From positions 160,748 to 224,747 of the IMG/VR virus record IMGVR_UViG_3300015261_000002: a stretch of 64,000 nt of DNA. One strand, 5' to 3'. Numbering within the stretch: position 1 is the stretch's first letter; the number at the start of each line of letters is the position of its first letter. A program made the position numbers and the translations under genes. Below are positions 1 to 10,569 of this stretch, piece by piece. The notes beneath the pieces were generated by a model that had not been told where the DNA came from, made no database searches, and saw nothing but the letters and a program-made list of their open reading frames with translations.

Positions 1-988
1 CAACCACCACCCAATCAAACTTGCTGGAACGCAAGTTCCCGTATTGACGGGTATTGATAAGCCGGTTGGTCGACACAATAGTGATCGTCGAGTTCTTGGC
101 GACCGGGAGGAGATTGAAGTCACCTCGCATCAGCACTTCCCAGATCGTAATATCCCCGAAGCCACCGTATTCCCGTCCACCGTATTGGGTGGAGAACAGG
201 TTGATCGGAGGATACGACGTACGCAGGTCCGAAGGCATTTGACCGGCCAGGAACTTAACCAGGTATTGGTCGTAGATCTTGCGGCCGTTCTTGTCTTCCC
301 AGGAGATGGTTCGTTCCGGGTTCCAGTAGAAGTTGTTCATGATGTAGTTGGCAATCGTCAGCCGCCAATCGAACAGCTTCTTTGCCGTACCGAACTCAGG
401 GGTGGTAATGATCGCCACACCACCGTGCAGCACCGAGTCCTTCGAATAAACGAGTTCTTCAACTACCCGGATGTTCAACTGCGCCATGAGCTCTTCGGTA
501 AGGATACCGAGTTTCTCAAACGTGCAGAGGTACACCTTGTTCGAGGTGTCGTTACGGATTTCTGGCTGTTCCTTGATGTGGTAGAGACCCGCTCGGCCTT
601 CACCCGCATCCATGATTGCAACGTCCCACTGAAGGGGGTTGAGGTCAAAGGCAAGCCACATCTCAAACGTGGTTGCACTTTCAGCCTTGGTCGGATCAAA
701 GGCGTAAGCATCTGCATCGAGCTGCTTACCGACCAGGTTCTTGATACGGCTGTAGCTTTGATACACGGCGTCGTTAGACGGCTGGAACTGACTCAGCTCC
801 TCATCCGGCATCAGTTTGCGGCGATAGTACTCCATCAGACGCGGGGTACCATCGACCATCGACAGCAAAGACGTCTCAGGCGTATAGGCCGAGTCTACGA
901 TGCTGTGTCTGTAGGTATTGCTGTAGATCTTGGGACGTTCCGGTTCTGGCGGAACTTGCTGCCCCAGAGCAGTTGTCTTCAAACTCAT
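1..988 (-). CDS. Virion structural protein, partial (runs off the window start)
   Basis: Not in the ORF track. I translated it by hand: ATG at 988 overlaps the upstream TGA (ATGA), and the frame is open to base 1 (MSLKTTALGQQVPPEPERPKIYSN...). It lies in the virion gene block. Confidence 0.6.
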   Translation of the reverse strand, partial: MSLKTTALGQQVPPEPERPKIYSNTYRHSIVDSAYTPETSLLSMVDGTPRLMEYYRRKLMPDEELSQFQPSNDAVYQSYSRIKNLVGKQLDADAYAFDPTKAESATTFEMWLAFDLNPLQWDVAIMDAGEGRAGLYHIKEQPEIRNDTSNKVYLCTFEKLGILTEELMAQLNIRVVEELVYSKDSVLHGGVAIITTPEFGTAKKLFDWRLTIANYIMNNFYWNPERTISWEDKNGRKIYDQYLVKFLAGQMPSDLRTSYPPINLFSTQYGGREYGGFGDITIWEVLMRGDFNLLPVAKNSTITIVSTNRLINTRQYGNLRSSKFDWVVV

Positions 989-2502
989 TGGCGTCTGTCC
1001 TCTACCAATACGTAACTGTTAAGACCGAGGTTCATCATGTACCGGGTAGGGTTGTGGCCCGGCAGGCCTAAGCCTTTATCGATGTCCTTGCGGATCCGTT
1101 GAATATCATTCAGCCATGGCTTCGGCAACAGGTCCCAGCGATACCACGGGAAAATAGCCGGCAACAGGTTGAGGTCTTGCGGGTTCTTTGCGAGATCCTC
1201 CCAGAAGTCGTCTGTGTAGTCGCGCACCGAATAATCGAGTGTTACCACGATGTGATGGACATTCTTCATTGTAGGCAGTCTGGAGAGCCTTACAGAGCCT
1301 GTCTCATCCATGCTCAGCTGTGTGGGCAAGATACGCAGGTTGTTGCTGAATACCCACACCAGGAACGGCGTGGCGTATTGCGTGAATGCCACCTTGTGAC
1401 GACGGAGCATGTAAGCCTTTACCTGCTCATTCCATTTAAAGCCTGGAATGTCGAAGATATTGACCAGCTCCTGGTTCTCGATGTTTTCAACCGCCAGTCG
1501 TGCTTGAATGATCGGCTGTACAAAAGGAACCCGCTTCATGACCCAAGGATCATGTTTAGGCAGTTTCAGGAAGTAAGGGGCTTCCTGCTGACGGGTTGTC
1601 TGGTTAGACAAACCCCAGGCCACCTCAGGCGCTACCCGTACGTTGAATGGGCGATTGAACTGCTCATTCGGGATAGGGATCCACTTCTCGGGAATCTCAT
1701 CCTGGTAGATGTCGAGCGGGTAAAAGAACTCCCAGTTCGTGAACTCGTTAAAGTAGAAGGAGTATCTGAATTCAACTTCAAACTTACTGCTGCTACCACG
1801 ACGAGCACGTTGGATTTCAGCATCCTGGAACTGGATACCGATGTAGTCCAAACGCTGGGGTACTACGAGACGCTTGTTCTTGCCGGCGACGTTAGAGATC
1901 GTGGTAAACGGCACCTGGCAGTACTTGTTGAACCAAGCTCCGAACTCAGGGGTGGTGGGGTCGTTCTTCAGGAGCAGGGCATGGACGTCCTGCATGCAGG
2001 CCAGAATGCTGTTGTTAACGCCCAGATGTACGGTGGCGCTGAACGCCATGTCAGCCATCTGGTTATCGCGTGTACGGTTGATACGGCGCTGGTAGTGCTC
2101 AGCCAACTTGCTGCTGTTAAACGAAGCCACTACGGAGACGTTCACCTTAATGCCGGAGAACGCTGGATAGAGCCCCATAGGCTCTTCGTCATCGGTTAAC
2201 CATACCGGGCGTTCGGTCGGTTCACGACGCTGGTTGGAATAACCGGTGTTAAATGGGGTGTCTTCTTTCTCGACAACGATATAAAGTTTATTGCGGAAAA
2301 TACCGTCAGTTGCCATGTCACCACGGAAACCGTCATCACTGTTGCTGCCGATCATCTTGGCAACGTCGTTCTCGCCATTGTAAATAATTTGCGAGGCGTT
2401 GTCCAAGCTGTAGTACTTGAGAACTTGTCTGAGGGAATCCAGCACTGCTGGACGGAAGAACGAAGCATAGTCGTCTTCAGACATAACGATTGATTTCAGC
2501 AT
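985..2502 (-). CDS. Putative virion structural protein (~505 aa)
   Basis: Long ORF, likely starting at MLKSIV (ATG 2502), translationally coupled to the next gene. Function inferred from its position in the phiKZ-like structural block. Confidence 0.5.
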   Translation of the reverse strand: MLKSIVMSEDDYASFFRPAVLDSLRQVLKYYSLDNASQIIYNGENDVAKMIGSNSDDGFRGDMATDGIFRNKLYIVVEKEDTPFNTGYSNQRREPTERPVWLTDDEEPMGLYPAFSGIKVNVSVVASFNSSKLAEHYQRRINRTRDNQMADMAFSATVHLGVNNSILACMQDVHALLLKNDPTTPEFGAWFNKYCQVPFTTISNVAGKNKRLVVPQRLDYIGIQFQDAEIQRARRGSSSKFEVEFRYSFYFNEFTNWEFFYPLDIYQDEIPEKWIPIPNEQFNRPFNVRVAPEVAWGLSNQTTRQQEAPYFLKLPKHDPWVMKRVPFVQPIIQARLAVENIENQELVNIFDIPGFKWNEQVKAYMLRRHKVAFTQYATPFLVWVFSNNLRILPTQLSMDETGSVRLSRLPTMKNVHHIVVTLDYSVRDYTDDFWEDLAKNPQDLNLLPAIFPWYRWDLLPKPWLNDIQRIRKDIDKGLGLPGHNPTRYMMNLGLNSYVLVEDRRQ

Positions 2503-2577
2503 GGGCCTACGCTCATTAAAGAAATAAAAAGATAAGTAGTGGAAGGGGTTACCTTCCACTACCAACCAGTGAGGGTG

Positions 2578-3276
2578 TTACTTCCAGCGAACAGGGGCAA
2601 CAAGACCGTCTACAAACTGGAGGATCAGCAGATTGGAAATGCCATCCTTCAACTGACAGACAACCTCTGCCTCGGCGAAGTCTTCTGCCGACAGCGACAT
2701 CTTGAACCCCAACGAGTTTACAAACGTGGAGGCCTTTTCTGCCAGGTCATCGGGCACGCGTTCTTCTGGTGCATCCGCCGCTTCGAAGATTTTACCCGCC
2801 AGCGCCAGACGCACACGCTGTTCTTCGAGATCGACCGCAATGCATTCCTTGGAACGCTCAGGAGCATCTTTGTTCTTGACGGTAAAGATCAGGACGCCCG
2901 TCAGGCTGATGCTCGATTCCAACATCGGAACCGACACCTGGTACTGGGCTTTACTACCGAACTCGACCACGGCACCTTCAACGTCGTAGTCCACCTTATC
3001 CAACAGGTGAAGGTCGTACGCGTCAGCGAGTTCCTGGATAACAAGGTTCAGTGGATCACCCTCACGCGCCGATACTTCTGGCGCACGACGGACCATGACT
3101 TGCAAGAGGTTACCCTTGTTCATCTTGGCCTTTTGGGTCTGACCATCTTTCTCAACGAAAAAGACTGCGGCAGATTCCGACTCCGATTCTGCACGGAGCA
3201 CTGAGTAACCCTGAGGGAGCTGCTTCTTGAGTCTTTCAAGAAACACTGGGTGGACGTTTTCCAAAGCCATTGCCAT
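2578..3276 (-). CDS. Hypothetical protein (232 aa)
   Basis: TAATG overlap with the upstream gene and phage-like codon usage. Confidence 0.55.
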   Translation of the reverse strand: MAMALENVHPVFLERLKKQLPQGYSVLRAESESESAAVFFVEKDGQTQKAKMNKGNLLQVMVRRAPEVSAREGDPLNLVIQELADAYDLHLLDKVDYDVEGAVVEFGSKAQYQVSVPMLESSISLTGVLIFTVKNKDAPERSKECIAVDLEEQRVRLALAGKIFEAADAPEERVPDDLAEKASTFVNSLGFKMSLSAEDFAEAEVVCQLKDGISNLLILQFVDGLVAPVRWK

Positions 3277-4703
3277 TACTCCTTCTTAGCTTTTTCGTCA
3301 GGTTTGTCAGCAGCTTCGTTGGGGAAGATCTTGCTGTTGATACCGGCAGCGGCTTTGCGGATCCCACTGACCAGTTTCTTGTGAGCAGTAACCTTTTCCT
3401 TAAGCCCCTTGAGACTGTCTTTGGCAGCAGCGATCTTTTCCTGGGTCGACTTCCGGGTGGTGGCAACAACTTCCTTGTTGGCCTCGTCTTTACCCGAAAC
3501 ATTACTGGCTGCGGTTTTCAGCTCAGCAAGTTTCTGTTGAGCAAGGTTCATCGCCTCACCGAGTGCAGCACCGTAACCGCTCTGCTTGTTCAGCAGACCC
3601 AACAGCTTGTCGAGTGCAGTGGCTGCATCTGCCTTACTGTTAAGACCGCCTACGATGGCACTGAATGCACCAGAAGGATCGGATTCAGCCGCCAGCTTAA
3701 CCAGGCCTGCTTTAGCCACCGAGTTGATTTGATCACCCGTAGTCGCCTTGGCAGCAGCCAGGTCTTTCTTGTTGGCCTCAGCTGCATCAACCGTGGCTTT
3801 ATTCGTATCCTTTTCATCGGACGAAGTGAACCACTCCTTAATAGCTTTGAAAGACTCTGAGATCGTTTCCCAGGCCTTTGTAGCCATTTCCTTGATACCA
3901 TCCAGGATTGCGCCTTCAGTACCCTCTACAGCGCTCATACGAGCGTTGCGCGCACTGGCTACGCCAATGAGGTAGTTCGACGCAAAGGTGTTCTGGCCGT
4001 TCAGGTAATCTTCCATACCCTGGAGGAGTTGCAGCGGGTGATCGAACTTGCAACCGCAGTCACAATCATCGTTCCGTTGGCAGTCTTCCGGTTCGTCGAA
4101 ATCAACCACCGGGGCTTCTGGCAGATCTTCCAACTGGGAAGGGGCAAACTCTTCTGCACCCATTACCATACCGAGACGGCTGGTCACAAACACATCGACG
4201 ATGTTCAGCACCCGTTCCGCGTACTCCATTTGGCGGATGTTTGCGTTCATGCATTCGATGTTTGGTTGTTCATGGCCTTCGTAGATCTCCATGAAGTAGC
4301 GAAGACCTTTGTGAGCGAACTCGATCCAGTCATTGACGGCGGCACCGCTCAGGTGGTCAGAGTTCTTGTTACCGAGCGCGCAGACCTGCATGGCCACATT
4401 ACGCTCTGGATTACGACCGCCATTCTGGAGGTCAGCCAGCAGTTCGCCGAGGTATTGATTGACGAGGGTATTGACAAGCAACTCACTCGCATCGTAATAC
4501 GCCAGGCGGCTTTCAATAGCGGACACAATGGAGCACATCCGCTCTTTGACACGGTCGGTATCCGTCGCTTCACCCTCGAACACATAATCGAGTCCGATGG
4601 AGCGCAGGAGGTCAACCATCACCGGGTTATTCTCGGCGGTCAGTTTACCAGCTCTGCCGGTCAGCATGAGGCCAACCAACCCCAATTCAAAGTACAAATT
4701 CAT
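3276..4703 (-). CDS. Internal head (inner body/ejection) protein paralog
   Basis: Start MNLYFELG follows a GAGGAG RBS. Acidic propeptide, AVEGTE-G protease-type site, then an amphipathic helix and an Ala/Lys-rich helical body. Confidence 0.6.
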   Translation of the reverse strand: MNLYFELGLVGLMLTGRAGKLTAENNPVMVDLLRSIGLDYVFEGEATDTDRVKERMCSIVSAIESRLAYYDASELLVNTLVNQYLGELLADLQNGGRNPERNVAMQVCALGNKNSDHLSGAAVNDWIEFAHKGLRYFMEIYEGHEQPNIECMNANIRQMEYAERVLNIVDVFVTSRLGMVMGAEEFAPSQLEDLPEAPVVDFDEPEDCQRNDDCDCGCKFDHPLQLLQGMEDYLNGQNTFASNYLIGVASARNARMSAVEGTEGAILDGIKEMATKAWETISESFKAIKEWFTSSDEKDTNKATVDAAEANKKDLAAAKATTGDQINSVAKAGLVKLAAESDPSGAFSAIVGGLNSKADAATALDKLLGLLNKQSGYGAALGEAMNLAQQKLAELKTAASNVSGKDEANKEVVATTRKSTQEKIAAAKDSLKGLKEKVTAHKKLVSGIRKAAAGINSKIFPNEAADKPDEKAKKE

Positions 4704-4713
4704 TCCCTTCTCC

Positions 4714-5199
4714 TCACAAATACTTGATGGCCACGGTACCGCGGTAGTAGGTGGCACGGCGCGCAGTGACGTACAGGTAACCATCACTGGTCCCCAATTC
4801 CACTTCAAAGCGTCCCAGGTCGCTCAACCCCACCAGCCGCATCCAATTGAAGAACAGCTGACTCACCTCATCGCCAGGCTCAGCCTGATCGGCGTCAGTC
4901 AGTGTAATGATGGGTTCTTCGACACAACCATCTACCAGGCCTTCGAGGGGCAGGAGGTCACCTTGCTCAGGCTCACCAAAGGTAATGCCGCTGATATCCT
5001 GAGGGATACCTTTGAAGAGTTCCCCCAGGTCTACCTTTTCGATCATCAGGCCGGCGCCTACGGTGCCTTGTTCAACGTAGGTAAAGATGTTGTCACTCAC
5101 AGAACGACCAACGCCAAAGCGTGGGTTCAATCCATCAATACCCTGTTGCTCCATGGCTTTGGCAACCAACAAAGTTTTGTTAAAGCAATTCAAGCGCAT
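4714..5199 (-). CDS. Hypothetical protein (161 aa)
   Basis: Fills the gap between two head genes on the same strand. Confidence 0.45.
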   Translation of the reverse strand: MRLNCFNKTLLVAKAMEQQGIDGLNPRFGVGRSVSDNIFTYVEQGTVGAGLMIEKVDLGELFKGIPQDISGITFGEPEQGDLLPLEGLVDGCVEEPIITLTDADQAEPGDEVSQLFFNWMRLVGLSDLGRFEVELGTSDGYLYVTARRATYYRGTVAIKYL

Positions 5200-5205
5200 A
5201 ATGGA

Positions 5206-6261
5206 TTACCCTTTGACGTCGATGCTGCTCGACACAATGCTGGACGCGGTGTTGTAGACCTTGAACACGAGAGTCTCCAAGAGCTTGATACCCGCCATGC
5301 CATTGCGAATGATCTCTTCCAGGCTGTGGGCAATCGCTTTAGCAGCGGCCTGATCTTCAGCCTCGGCTTTCTTCGAGAACGCCAGACTGGTATTGAGGCC
5401 CTTGATAAAGACCTTTTCCAGCTCTACCGATTTCGTGATCATGCCCTGGAACTTGGTGTTCATTGTGTCCAGGCTTTTGGCAACCGAACGGGTGGTGGTT
5501 TCGCTGCTAATAAAGCCAGCGTTCTTGTCGGATTCCAGCAGATCAGGATCGGCCTTCAGCGACAGCTTACCGTGCGATGTGATCGACACAGTTGTACCGC
5601 CGATATAAGGAGCAGGGTCCTTACCAAAGATCTTGATCAGCGCATCGTGGTGCTCTTTAAAGAGCTTTTCCATGGCGTCCTTGGTATGGCTCAGCTGCTT
5701 GCCAGTAAACAGGGCTTCAGCCTTACGAGCGGTATCACCCACTTCCTTGATGTACTCTTCGACCTTACCGGTTGCAGCAGTCCAGTCTGCAATGGCTTTG
5801 GTCATCCAATCCAGGTTAGCCGGGATCTTGGCCTTGCTGGCCCACAGGTTCATGTAACCCTGGGGATAATGCGTGAAGTGTTTCCTGACCCCGTTCTTAT
5901 CCAGCTTAGCGATCAGGTCTTTGTTCTTGCGTGCAGCCACTTCTTTCTTGCCGGTGAAGAAACTGAACACCCACTTGAAGAAGTTCTTTACAGCGGTGAT
6001 AAGCGAAGACACCATATCACCAATCCAGCTCATGAACCCTTCGGTGCCTTCAACACTGTCGAGGTTCTTTTGGCGGGGGATATGGGAAAAGACGTACTGG
6101 TAATAGAGACACTCATTACCGGAGACTTTGTCGTATTCGTCAGACAAGTCATCGATCTTGTCGTCTGGAGCATCCACAACGCTTTCAGGATTCTCGGCGT
6201 TGTAGAGTGCTTCAACTGTTGGGGTATTGATAAAACGTCGAGCAAGCACTGGTTGCGTCAT
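5206..6261 (-). CDS. Internal head protein paralog
   Basis: Likely start MTQPVLARR. SVEGTE-GFMSWIGDMV...FFKWVFSFF gives a cleavage site followed by an amphipathic helix. Confidence 0.6.
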   Translation of the reverse strand: MTQPVLARRFINTPTVEALYNAENPESVVDAPDDKIDDLSDEYDKVSGNECLYYQYVFSHIPRQKNLDSVEGTEGFMSWIGDMVSSLITAVKNFFKWVFSFFTGKKEVAARKNKDLIAKLDKNGVRKHFTHYPQGYMNLWASKAKIPANLDWMTKAIADWTAATGKVEEYIKEVGDTARKAEALFTGKQLSHTKDAMEKLFKEHHDALIKIFGKDPAPYIGGTTVSITSHGKLSLKADPDLLESDKNAGFISSETTTRSVAKSLDTMNTKFQGMITKSVELEKVFIKGLNTSLAFSKKAEAEDQAAAKAIAHSLEEIIRNGMAGIKLLETLVFKVYNTASSIVSSSIDVKG

Positions 6262-6337
6262 GGTAAAAGTACCTGTTAAAAAGGATATGTAGCAAAACCT
6301 ATAGCATTCCTCAAAAAACCATATAGCAGCCATAAGA

Positions 6338-6367
6338 CTACTAAGGGGGATTGCTCCCCCTTAGTAG
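6338..6367 (-). terminator. Perfect 13-bp hairpin followed by TTATGGCTGCT
   Basis: ctactaaggggga-ttgc-tcccccttagtag downstream of the 422-aa head gene. Confidence 0.7.
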
Positions 6368-6402
6368 CTACCTTACGGTGGTACAGCAACCGCTACGTCG
6401 AC

Positions 6403-7671
6403 TTAGAAGCCGATGTGAGCAGCAACGCAGTCCAGCGTAGCGCCAGCGGCGTTGACGGCCACTTTGGTCACGTTGGTGGCCATGCTCGAAGTCGAGCTGT
6501 AAACAGCCTTGACCAGGTTGACCTGACCGTTGACTTCAGCCGACTTGTCGGCGTCGCCAGCTTTGATCGAGTTCAGGGAACCGATCACGCGATCACGCTC
6601 AGCAGCGCTGAAAGCCTTGGCCACTTTGGTGTTGCGCAGGAACGCGCCGACGCCACGGACTTCGGAGATCGCTTTCAGCAGGCCAGCCTTGTCGGTTTTG
6701 GCCTTGACTTCGCCGGTGGTCAGCTTCTTGGCTTCCGGATCCTTCATCACAACCATTTTCAGGGAGCGAGCAGCGGCAGCGGCTTCGGCCATGGTTTTGA
6801 TTTCGGCATCGCTGTACGAAACCTGGATGCGGATACCGTTCATCACGCCGATCAGGACGTCATGGGAACCAGCCTTCTTCTCGTTGTACTTGCCGGCCGC
6901 CTTGGCGTCGGTTTTGACAGCGGAGATCAGACCGGTGTAAGCCGACTTGAAGTCTTCCAGGCTGATGCCGGAAACGTTTTTGCCCAGCTCGGTCAGCTTG
7001 GCGATCGCGCCTTGGGTGGCTTCGAAGCCTGCGGATTTCACAGTGCCCAGGCCGCCTTTGGCGTAGTCGACGTAGATGTTCCAGCCGCCCAGCTTGACCA
7101 TCTCTTTCAGCTTGGCGCCGTCTTCCAGGCGCTTCTTCAGGGTGTCGCAACGGCGCTCGAGGCCGGCGGCCTTGTCGAAGATCGACACGAAGAAACCGAT
7201 GACGGTGTTGAAGATGTGCTTGATGAACTCGACGGCTTTCTTGCCGTACTCCTTGATGGAGTCCATGATGCTTTCCATGCCCTCGCGAGCATGCATCTGA
7301 GCGGTCGACGCGTCGGTGATGGATTCAGCACCCATGCGCTCGCCCTGGATGTTGGCACCCAGTTTGTTGCCGAGTTTCACGCCACGGTTGTAGAGGTGGG
7401 CGAAAGCCAGGCCGCTGAAGTTGCCGGAGTTGATCAGGGATTCCATGCCTTCGACGACTTCGGTCGCTTCTTCGACGGCTTCTTCCAGATCGTCCATCTT
7501 GTCGACCAGCGCTTCAACTTGCTGCGACTGCTCTTCGATGGCCACGGTGACTTCGGCGATTTCGGTTTTCACCGCTTCTTCGACGGCTTCAACGACTGCT
7601 TCACCACCGGCGCCTTGCAGCTCCAGTTCTTCAGCGCCAGTGTACATGTTCAGAAGATCAATACCGGACAT
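6403..7671 (-). CDS. Major internal head protein (phiKZ gp93/95/97-like family)
   Basis: Glu-rich propeptide with several G-X-E sites (TGAE, EGME, MGAE), an amphipathic helix after EGMES, and very strong codon bias suggesting high expression. Confidence 0.7.
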   Translation of the reverse strand: MSGIDLLNMYTGAEELELQGAGGEAVVEAVEEAVKTEIAEVTVAIEEQSQQVEALVDKMDDLEEAVEEATEVVEGMESLINSGNFSGLAFAHLYNRGVKLGNKLGANIQGERMGAESITDASTAQMHAREGMESIMDSIKEYGKKAVEFIKHIFNTVIGFFVSIFDKAAGLERRCDTLKKRLEDGAKLKEMVKLGGWNIYVDYAKGGLGTVKSAGFEATQGAIAKLTELGKNVSGISLEDFKSAYTGLISAVKTDAKAAGKYNEKKAGSHDVLIGVMNGIRIQVSYSDAEIKTMAEAAAAARSLKMVVMKDPEAKKLTTGEVKAKTDKAGLLKAISEVRGVGAFLRNTKVAKAFSAAERDRVIGSLNSIKAGDADKSAEVNGQVNLVKAVYSSTSSMATNVTKVAVNAAGATLDCVAAHIGF

Positions 7672-7725
7672 AGCTATGTATCCTTTTTCGTTAACGAAGG
7701 AAAATTGTGTGTTTAATTAAACGGT

Positions 7726-8739
7726 TTACGCGAAAACACCAAGCACACCATGAATGTACCTGTCGGTGTAGCTGACCACCCGAGGAGTGAATCCGCTATA
7801 GAATGCCAACGCATTCGCCTCACCAGAGAGAATCTTCTCACCCTCTGCCATGGCACTTGAACTAACCTTGTCCAACTTACTCAGGTTAGCGTCAACGGTT
7901 TTCACCATATCCGACCAGCTCTTGATAAAGGCCAAGTAGCTGTCGTACGACGACTTCAAGCGTTTGTGCATAGAGTTGATCTTGTCCAGCTTGTTCAACA
8001 GCGCGTTGACTTCAGACTTGGATAAGGTCGTGGAGGACCCCGCCTCAGCAGGTGCGTCACCACCTATAACATATTTCGGGTGTTTGCCGTCGCCGTAGAC
8101 GCATTCCCAGACTTTGCCACCTGGCAGAGTGTCAGAGAACGTCGTGTCGCCTTTTGAATGCGGCAACTTGAACGGAGGATACTTCAACGCCTCGAACTCC
8201 TCCACAATCGCGAAGATGTTCTCAGAGGTTGAAGCACCCTTGAGCTTACGGACGACAATCAGCTGCTTGTCCAGGTAACTCAGAATTTCTTTGCTGTGCT
8301 TATCCAGTGCATCCAACGTGCTCAGCAGAGTGTCCATATCATGCCCAATATGGCCAACATCGCCATTCGAGGTGATAAGGGCAATCGTGGTCTTGCTGAG
8401 GTTCAGCTCGTGATCTTCGATCTTGCTGAAGCTTTGCGTCAGCTTTTTGATCAAGGTATCGTTGTCGCTGAAAGCACGGTACAAGCCAGCTCCTGCCGCG
8501 CCAAGGGCTTTGCCAAACAGGTCGACAGTCTTACCGCCTACCCACTTGCTGACTTCAAAGAGGCCAGCGCCAAGTTCTTTGGCGTTCTCCATAAAGTCTT
8601 CATTGCCTTCGACCCGGATCTTCATCCGGTGAGGTTCCGCGAGCAACAGGTTACCTGCTTTGTGCAGATCGTTCTGTTCCTCACGGGTCTCCAGATGGTT
8701 CTCCAGGCAGGTTTGATATAACCGATGGGTGTTGCTCAT
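7726..8739 (-). CDS. Putative internal head protein
   Basis: RVEGNE-DFME site after a short propeptide; lies in the head operon. Confidence 0.5.
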   Translation of the reverse strand: MSNTHRLYQTCLENHLETREEQNDLHKAGNLLLAEPHRMKIRVEGNEDFMENAKELGAGLFEVSKWVGGKTVDLFGKALGAAGAGLYRAFSDNDTLIKKLTQSFSKIEDHELNLSKTTIALITSNGDVGHIGHDMDTLLSTLDALDKHSKEILSYLDKQLIVVRKLKGASTSENIFAIVEEFEALKYPPFKLPHSKGDTTFSDTLPGGKVWECVYGDGKHPKYVIGGDAPAEAGSSTTLSKSEVNALLNKLDKINSMHKRLKSSYDSYLAFIKSWSDMVKTVDANLSKLDKVSSSAMAEGEKILSGEANALAFYSGFTPRVVSYTDRYIHGVLGVFA

Positions 8740-8750
8740 GTCCAGCCTCC

Positions 8751-10064
8751 TTAGGGCGTGTTGGCCTTAACCGAGAGGTTAGACAGCTCGATCAAGCCGT
8801 GGATGATCAAGGTCAGGTAGCTGGTCAGAGCGGCGCGCAGGTTCAGCAGCTCCATTTGGTTACGACGAACAATCGAGGAGAAGGCAGTGAGTACCTTGTC
8901 TTTCAGTTCATCGTCCATCTGCGACTCGTAGATACCTTTGGCAACATCGTTGTAATCGCTGTCCGCCAGTTTGTACTTGTCGCCGGCCTCGTACACCTTG
9001 CTCCATTCCTTCAGCAGTTCTTTCAAATGCTTTGCAATGATCTTGATCTGCTGGGACGATAGGCTCTTCACTTCATTACCCAGTTTCGGGTAAATCACTT
9101 CAGAACTGTTTTCGAAGCCGGTGAGTTCTTCGTTGAGGTAGATGTAGAGGAACTGATCCACATCTTCCGGCGTGTGCATCCGATAGTTCGGCTTGCTCTG
9201 GCGGATATCGATGAAGTACGCACCACCCATCAGCTCCACGGATTGTTTCGCAGTAACACGACCCGTAGAGAAGTCCTTGTTGACCTTGTTACATTCCTTG
9301 AACGGTGTCGACGGCAGTTGCGACGGCAGGTCCAGGAAACGCTCCAGGCCAAGTTGTTGATCCAAGCCCGCAAACCCGCCAAAGAAGCTCAGGACGGCGT
9401 TCATGTTGTTCTTGCTGTTGAGGTAGTAGTTCGAGCTCACCGCCGAGATAGTGCGGCTCAGCTTGCTCACATCACCTGTCCAGTCACCGGAGATCTGACC
9501 ATTGATCTTGAACAGGTTAAACAGACGAGCGCCCAGCAACAGGTTCTCACGACCTTCATCGAAGCGCGGGGTGGTTTCAATCCCACGTTCCAATGCGTCC
9601 ACCGCTTCAATCAAACTGTCATGGGTTTGAGTAAAGACGATGTAGGCTTCTTTAAAGCCGTCGTTGATGCGAACCACTACTTCCTTGGACTTACGGAAGA
9701 AGTCACCCAGGAAGCTCTCACAGCCCATCAGGCGCGTCAGAAGGTAATCTTCCGGCATGAGGGTGCGTCCGAGCGCTTCAGCGCCCTCAACAGCGTCCAA
9801 ACCGCTTACAGGCGGAATGTCGACATTGGAACGTACCAACGAACCGTCCATGGCGTTTGCCAGCTCGGGTGTCACCTGGTGAGGTTCAGTGCCTTCAAGC
9901 ACCGCCTTAACCATGTTGACACGATCCTTGCTGTCATCCAGACGGTTCTGGAAGCGATCGAGATCACCGGTGTCTTTGGCCAGGCTGACAATCTCCGCAG
10001 ACTTAACAGCGGAGATAGCGGCCATTTCGGCCGCCAGCTGGAGTTCCTGGTTAATTTGACCCAT
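8751..10064 (-). CDS. Putative internal head protein
   Basis: Start MGQINQEL after GGAGGAG. Carries AVEGAE-A and LMGCE-SF sites. Confidence 0.55.
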   Translation of the reverse strand: MGQINQELQLAAEMAAISAVKSAEIVSLAKDTGDLDRFQNRLDDSKDRVNMVKAVLEGTEPHQVTPELANAMDGSLVRSNVDIPPVSGLDAVEGAEALGRTLMPEDYLLTRLMGCESFLGDFFRKSKEVVVRINDGFKEAYIVFTQTHDSLIEAVDALERGIETTPRFDEGRENLLLGARLFNLFKINGQISGDWTGDVSKLSRTISAVSSNYYLNSKNNMNAVLSFFGGFAGLDQQLGLERFLDLPSQLPSTPFKECNKVNKDFSTGRVTAKQSVELMGGAYFIDIRQSKPNYRMHTPEDVDQFLYIYLNEELTGFENSSEVIYPKLGNEVKSLSSQQIKIIAKHLKELLKEWSKVYEAGDKYKLADSDYNDVAKGIYESQMDDELKDKVLTAFSSIVRRNQMELLNLRAALTSYLTLIIHGLIELSNLSVKANTP

Positions 10065-10569
10065 AGTAGGCTTCTCCTCCAAGCAGCAGGAAGATACGCC
10101 CGACAACACCAGCGCCTACACCTGCCATGAGACGATAGAGATCGTTGTCGAAGACTTTGTCCCCATCCTGCAAGAAGGCCGCATGGCCACCTGTACGGGA
10201 GGTAGGGGTATAAGTGCCGTAACGGCTGCTGGCAGCATCCTGGAGTTTGTTTTCCTGGATACCAACAGAGGTGATCAGCTGACGATGACCACAACGACCA
10301 TTCAGGTAATGAATGATGTCGCGGATCAGTTCAGACAAAGGACCCTTGCCGTTGTCGAAGTTGACTTCCATCCACCCTGCAAAGGAAGTACCGCACAGGG
10401 CAGTGACTTCGCGCAGGGTCTCGATGGTTACGTCACCTTTCATGATGAGCTCAAAATCCTGGTACGCATCCTGACGGAGGTACTTCAGGTTCTTGAACAT
10501 GGTTGCCAGTTCACCTTCACTCAGGTTAGCACTGACGTACCCGTTGTTACCCCGGCGAAATTCAGGCAT
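10051..10569 (-). CDS. Hypothetical protein (~172 aa)
   Basis: Start MPEFRRG; short overlaps with both neighbours. Confidence 0.45.
   Translation of the reverse strand: MPEFRRGNNGYVSANLSEGELATMFKNLKYLRQDAYQDFELIMKGDVTIETLREVTALCGTSFAGWMEVNFDNGKGPLSELIRDIIHYLNGRCGHRQLITSVGIQENKLQDAASSRYGTYTPTSRTGGHAAFLQDGDKVFDNDLYRLMAGVGAGVVGRIFLLLGGEAYYGSN

Noticed and set aside
7681-7701. Hairpin TCCTTCG-TTAA-CGAAAAAGGA covering the RBS of the major head gene
   Set aside because: Short, AT-rich and bulged, so too weak to claim translational control.
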